A stretch of DNA of 33,143 nucleotides from Chiloscyllium plagiosum (lineage: Eukaryota), in the NCBI RefSeq assembly GCF_004010195.1, contig NC_057718.1:95027994-95061136 (forward strand), read 5' to 3'. The notes under the pieces were generated by a model that was not told where the DNA came from, searched no databases, and was given only the letters and a program-made list of their open reading frames with translations. Shown here piece by piece: positions 32,245-33,143 of the stretch (the stretch's first letter is position 1; each line of letters opens with the position of its first letter). Both the position numbers and the translations under genes were made by a program.

Positions 32245-32615
32245 TCACTTTTGCCTGATCCTACCTCCGGCAGTTACACTGGGCTCCCTCTGGATGGCCC
32301 CTGCCAGTGGCTCAATCACTAATGTAAATAGCAACTGTCAGGAGGCACCCTTGCTGGCTGCCTCTAATAATATTAAAATTATCCGACCGTATACCATTAG
32401 TGAGAACCGTTGCTTTAGGGTGACGATGTAACACTGCCACCCACCTGGCAAAGACCCTTCCAAGACCAAACTGCTCCAGGACATAAAAGAGGTACGGCCA
32501 CTCCACCCGGTCAAACACTTTCTCTGCATCCAGGGAGACTACCAAGCCCAGCATCTCCTCTTGCTTGCGTACCTGAACCATATTTATTATTCTGCTCATG
32601 TTGTTAGAAAATAAG

Positions 32616-33143
32616 GATTCTGGGTAATCCAAGATGGAGGATGGGAAAAAATTCTGGCTGTAAGAGCTGCTCCTTTTTTTGAGGTATTTTAGGTTTTGGA
32701 GGAGATTTCCTCGAATCCCAGGAGCAGCAATTACTGTTTTATATGCTGTTGCATTGTTTTGGAACTTTGGGGAAACAAAAGTCAAAACAACAGCAGTTTT
32801 AAAAGGGAGAAGCGCAGACAAAGAAAGCACATAGTGAGGACAGTGCAGGAGAGAGAGAGAGAGAGAGAGAGAGAACCTGCACAGTTACCGCCTTTGCTGT
32901 TTTTGAATTCATGTGTCGCTGGACATCGGAGTGCATCTGGGAAAATTAACAAACAGTGAACTTCACAACTAATCTTGGAGGAACCAGTTTGGATGAAGTT
33001 CACAACACAGAATCAGATAATTTAATCGTTGTTTTAAGTCTGTCCAATAGAAAGGCTGCAGTAGTGAGTACAGTGGGTTCTTTCTTGATTATATGTGTTT
33101 GGAGATAAATCTCTTGATTAAACTTAAAATATAAGCCATAGCT
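32616..33143 (+). mobile_element. Interspersed repeat, probably the 5' UTR of a LINE (CR1-like), containing (GA)n at about 32849-32873
   Basis: It abruptly truncates the L1 RT and begins with the YY1-like CCAAGATGGAGG. It has no credible ORF. The family assignment is from recollection only. Confidence 0.4.

Larger units (their letters stand above)
31740..32615 (-). mobile_element. L1-like LINE reverse transcriptase fragment interrupted by PLE insertions
   Basis: VVSLDAEKVFDRVEWPYLFYVLEQFG...RGSQQGC (ORF 32312..32830) and HKITLYVDDVLLFL...SGYKINFMK (ORF 31614..31964) are L1/Tx1 RT motifs. Confidence 0.9.

Overview
Vertebrate genomic DNA, almost certainly from an elasmobranch (shark), inferred from HE1-type SINEs and dense CR1 and Penelope retroelements. 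It contains one 475-N assembly gap (19232-19706). The only securely identified gene is NAPB (beta-SNAP) on the minus strand: coding exons 1-3 at 18339-18242, 14004-13925 and 1450-1334, with the rest of the gene running off the left edge. Its CpG-rich promoter (about 18480-18720) has bidirectional architecture: two opposed ACTACAA/ZNF143-type motifs plus ETS, CCAAT and GC boxes. A speculative, phase-consistent three-exon ORF (85 aa, signal-peptide-like, 8 Cys) can be built on the plus strand from that promoter. The remainder is retroelement debris: CR1, L2/CR1-group, Rex/Babar, L1-like RT, Gypsy LTR/integrase/protease, HE1 SINEs and many Penelope-like (PLE) pieces. The most distinctive signal is a set of short, often palindromic, TSD-flanked PLE-derived insertions carrying minimal hammerhead ribozyme cores (CTGA[A/T]GA-stem II-GAAAC-GTC), four with an intact core. 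Other notable items are an 18-bp minisatellite born from Gypsy integrase codons and a young palindromic insertion next to the promoter. Repeat boundaries are approximate and family names come from recalled motifs, not from a database search.
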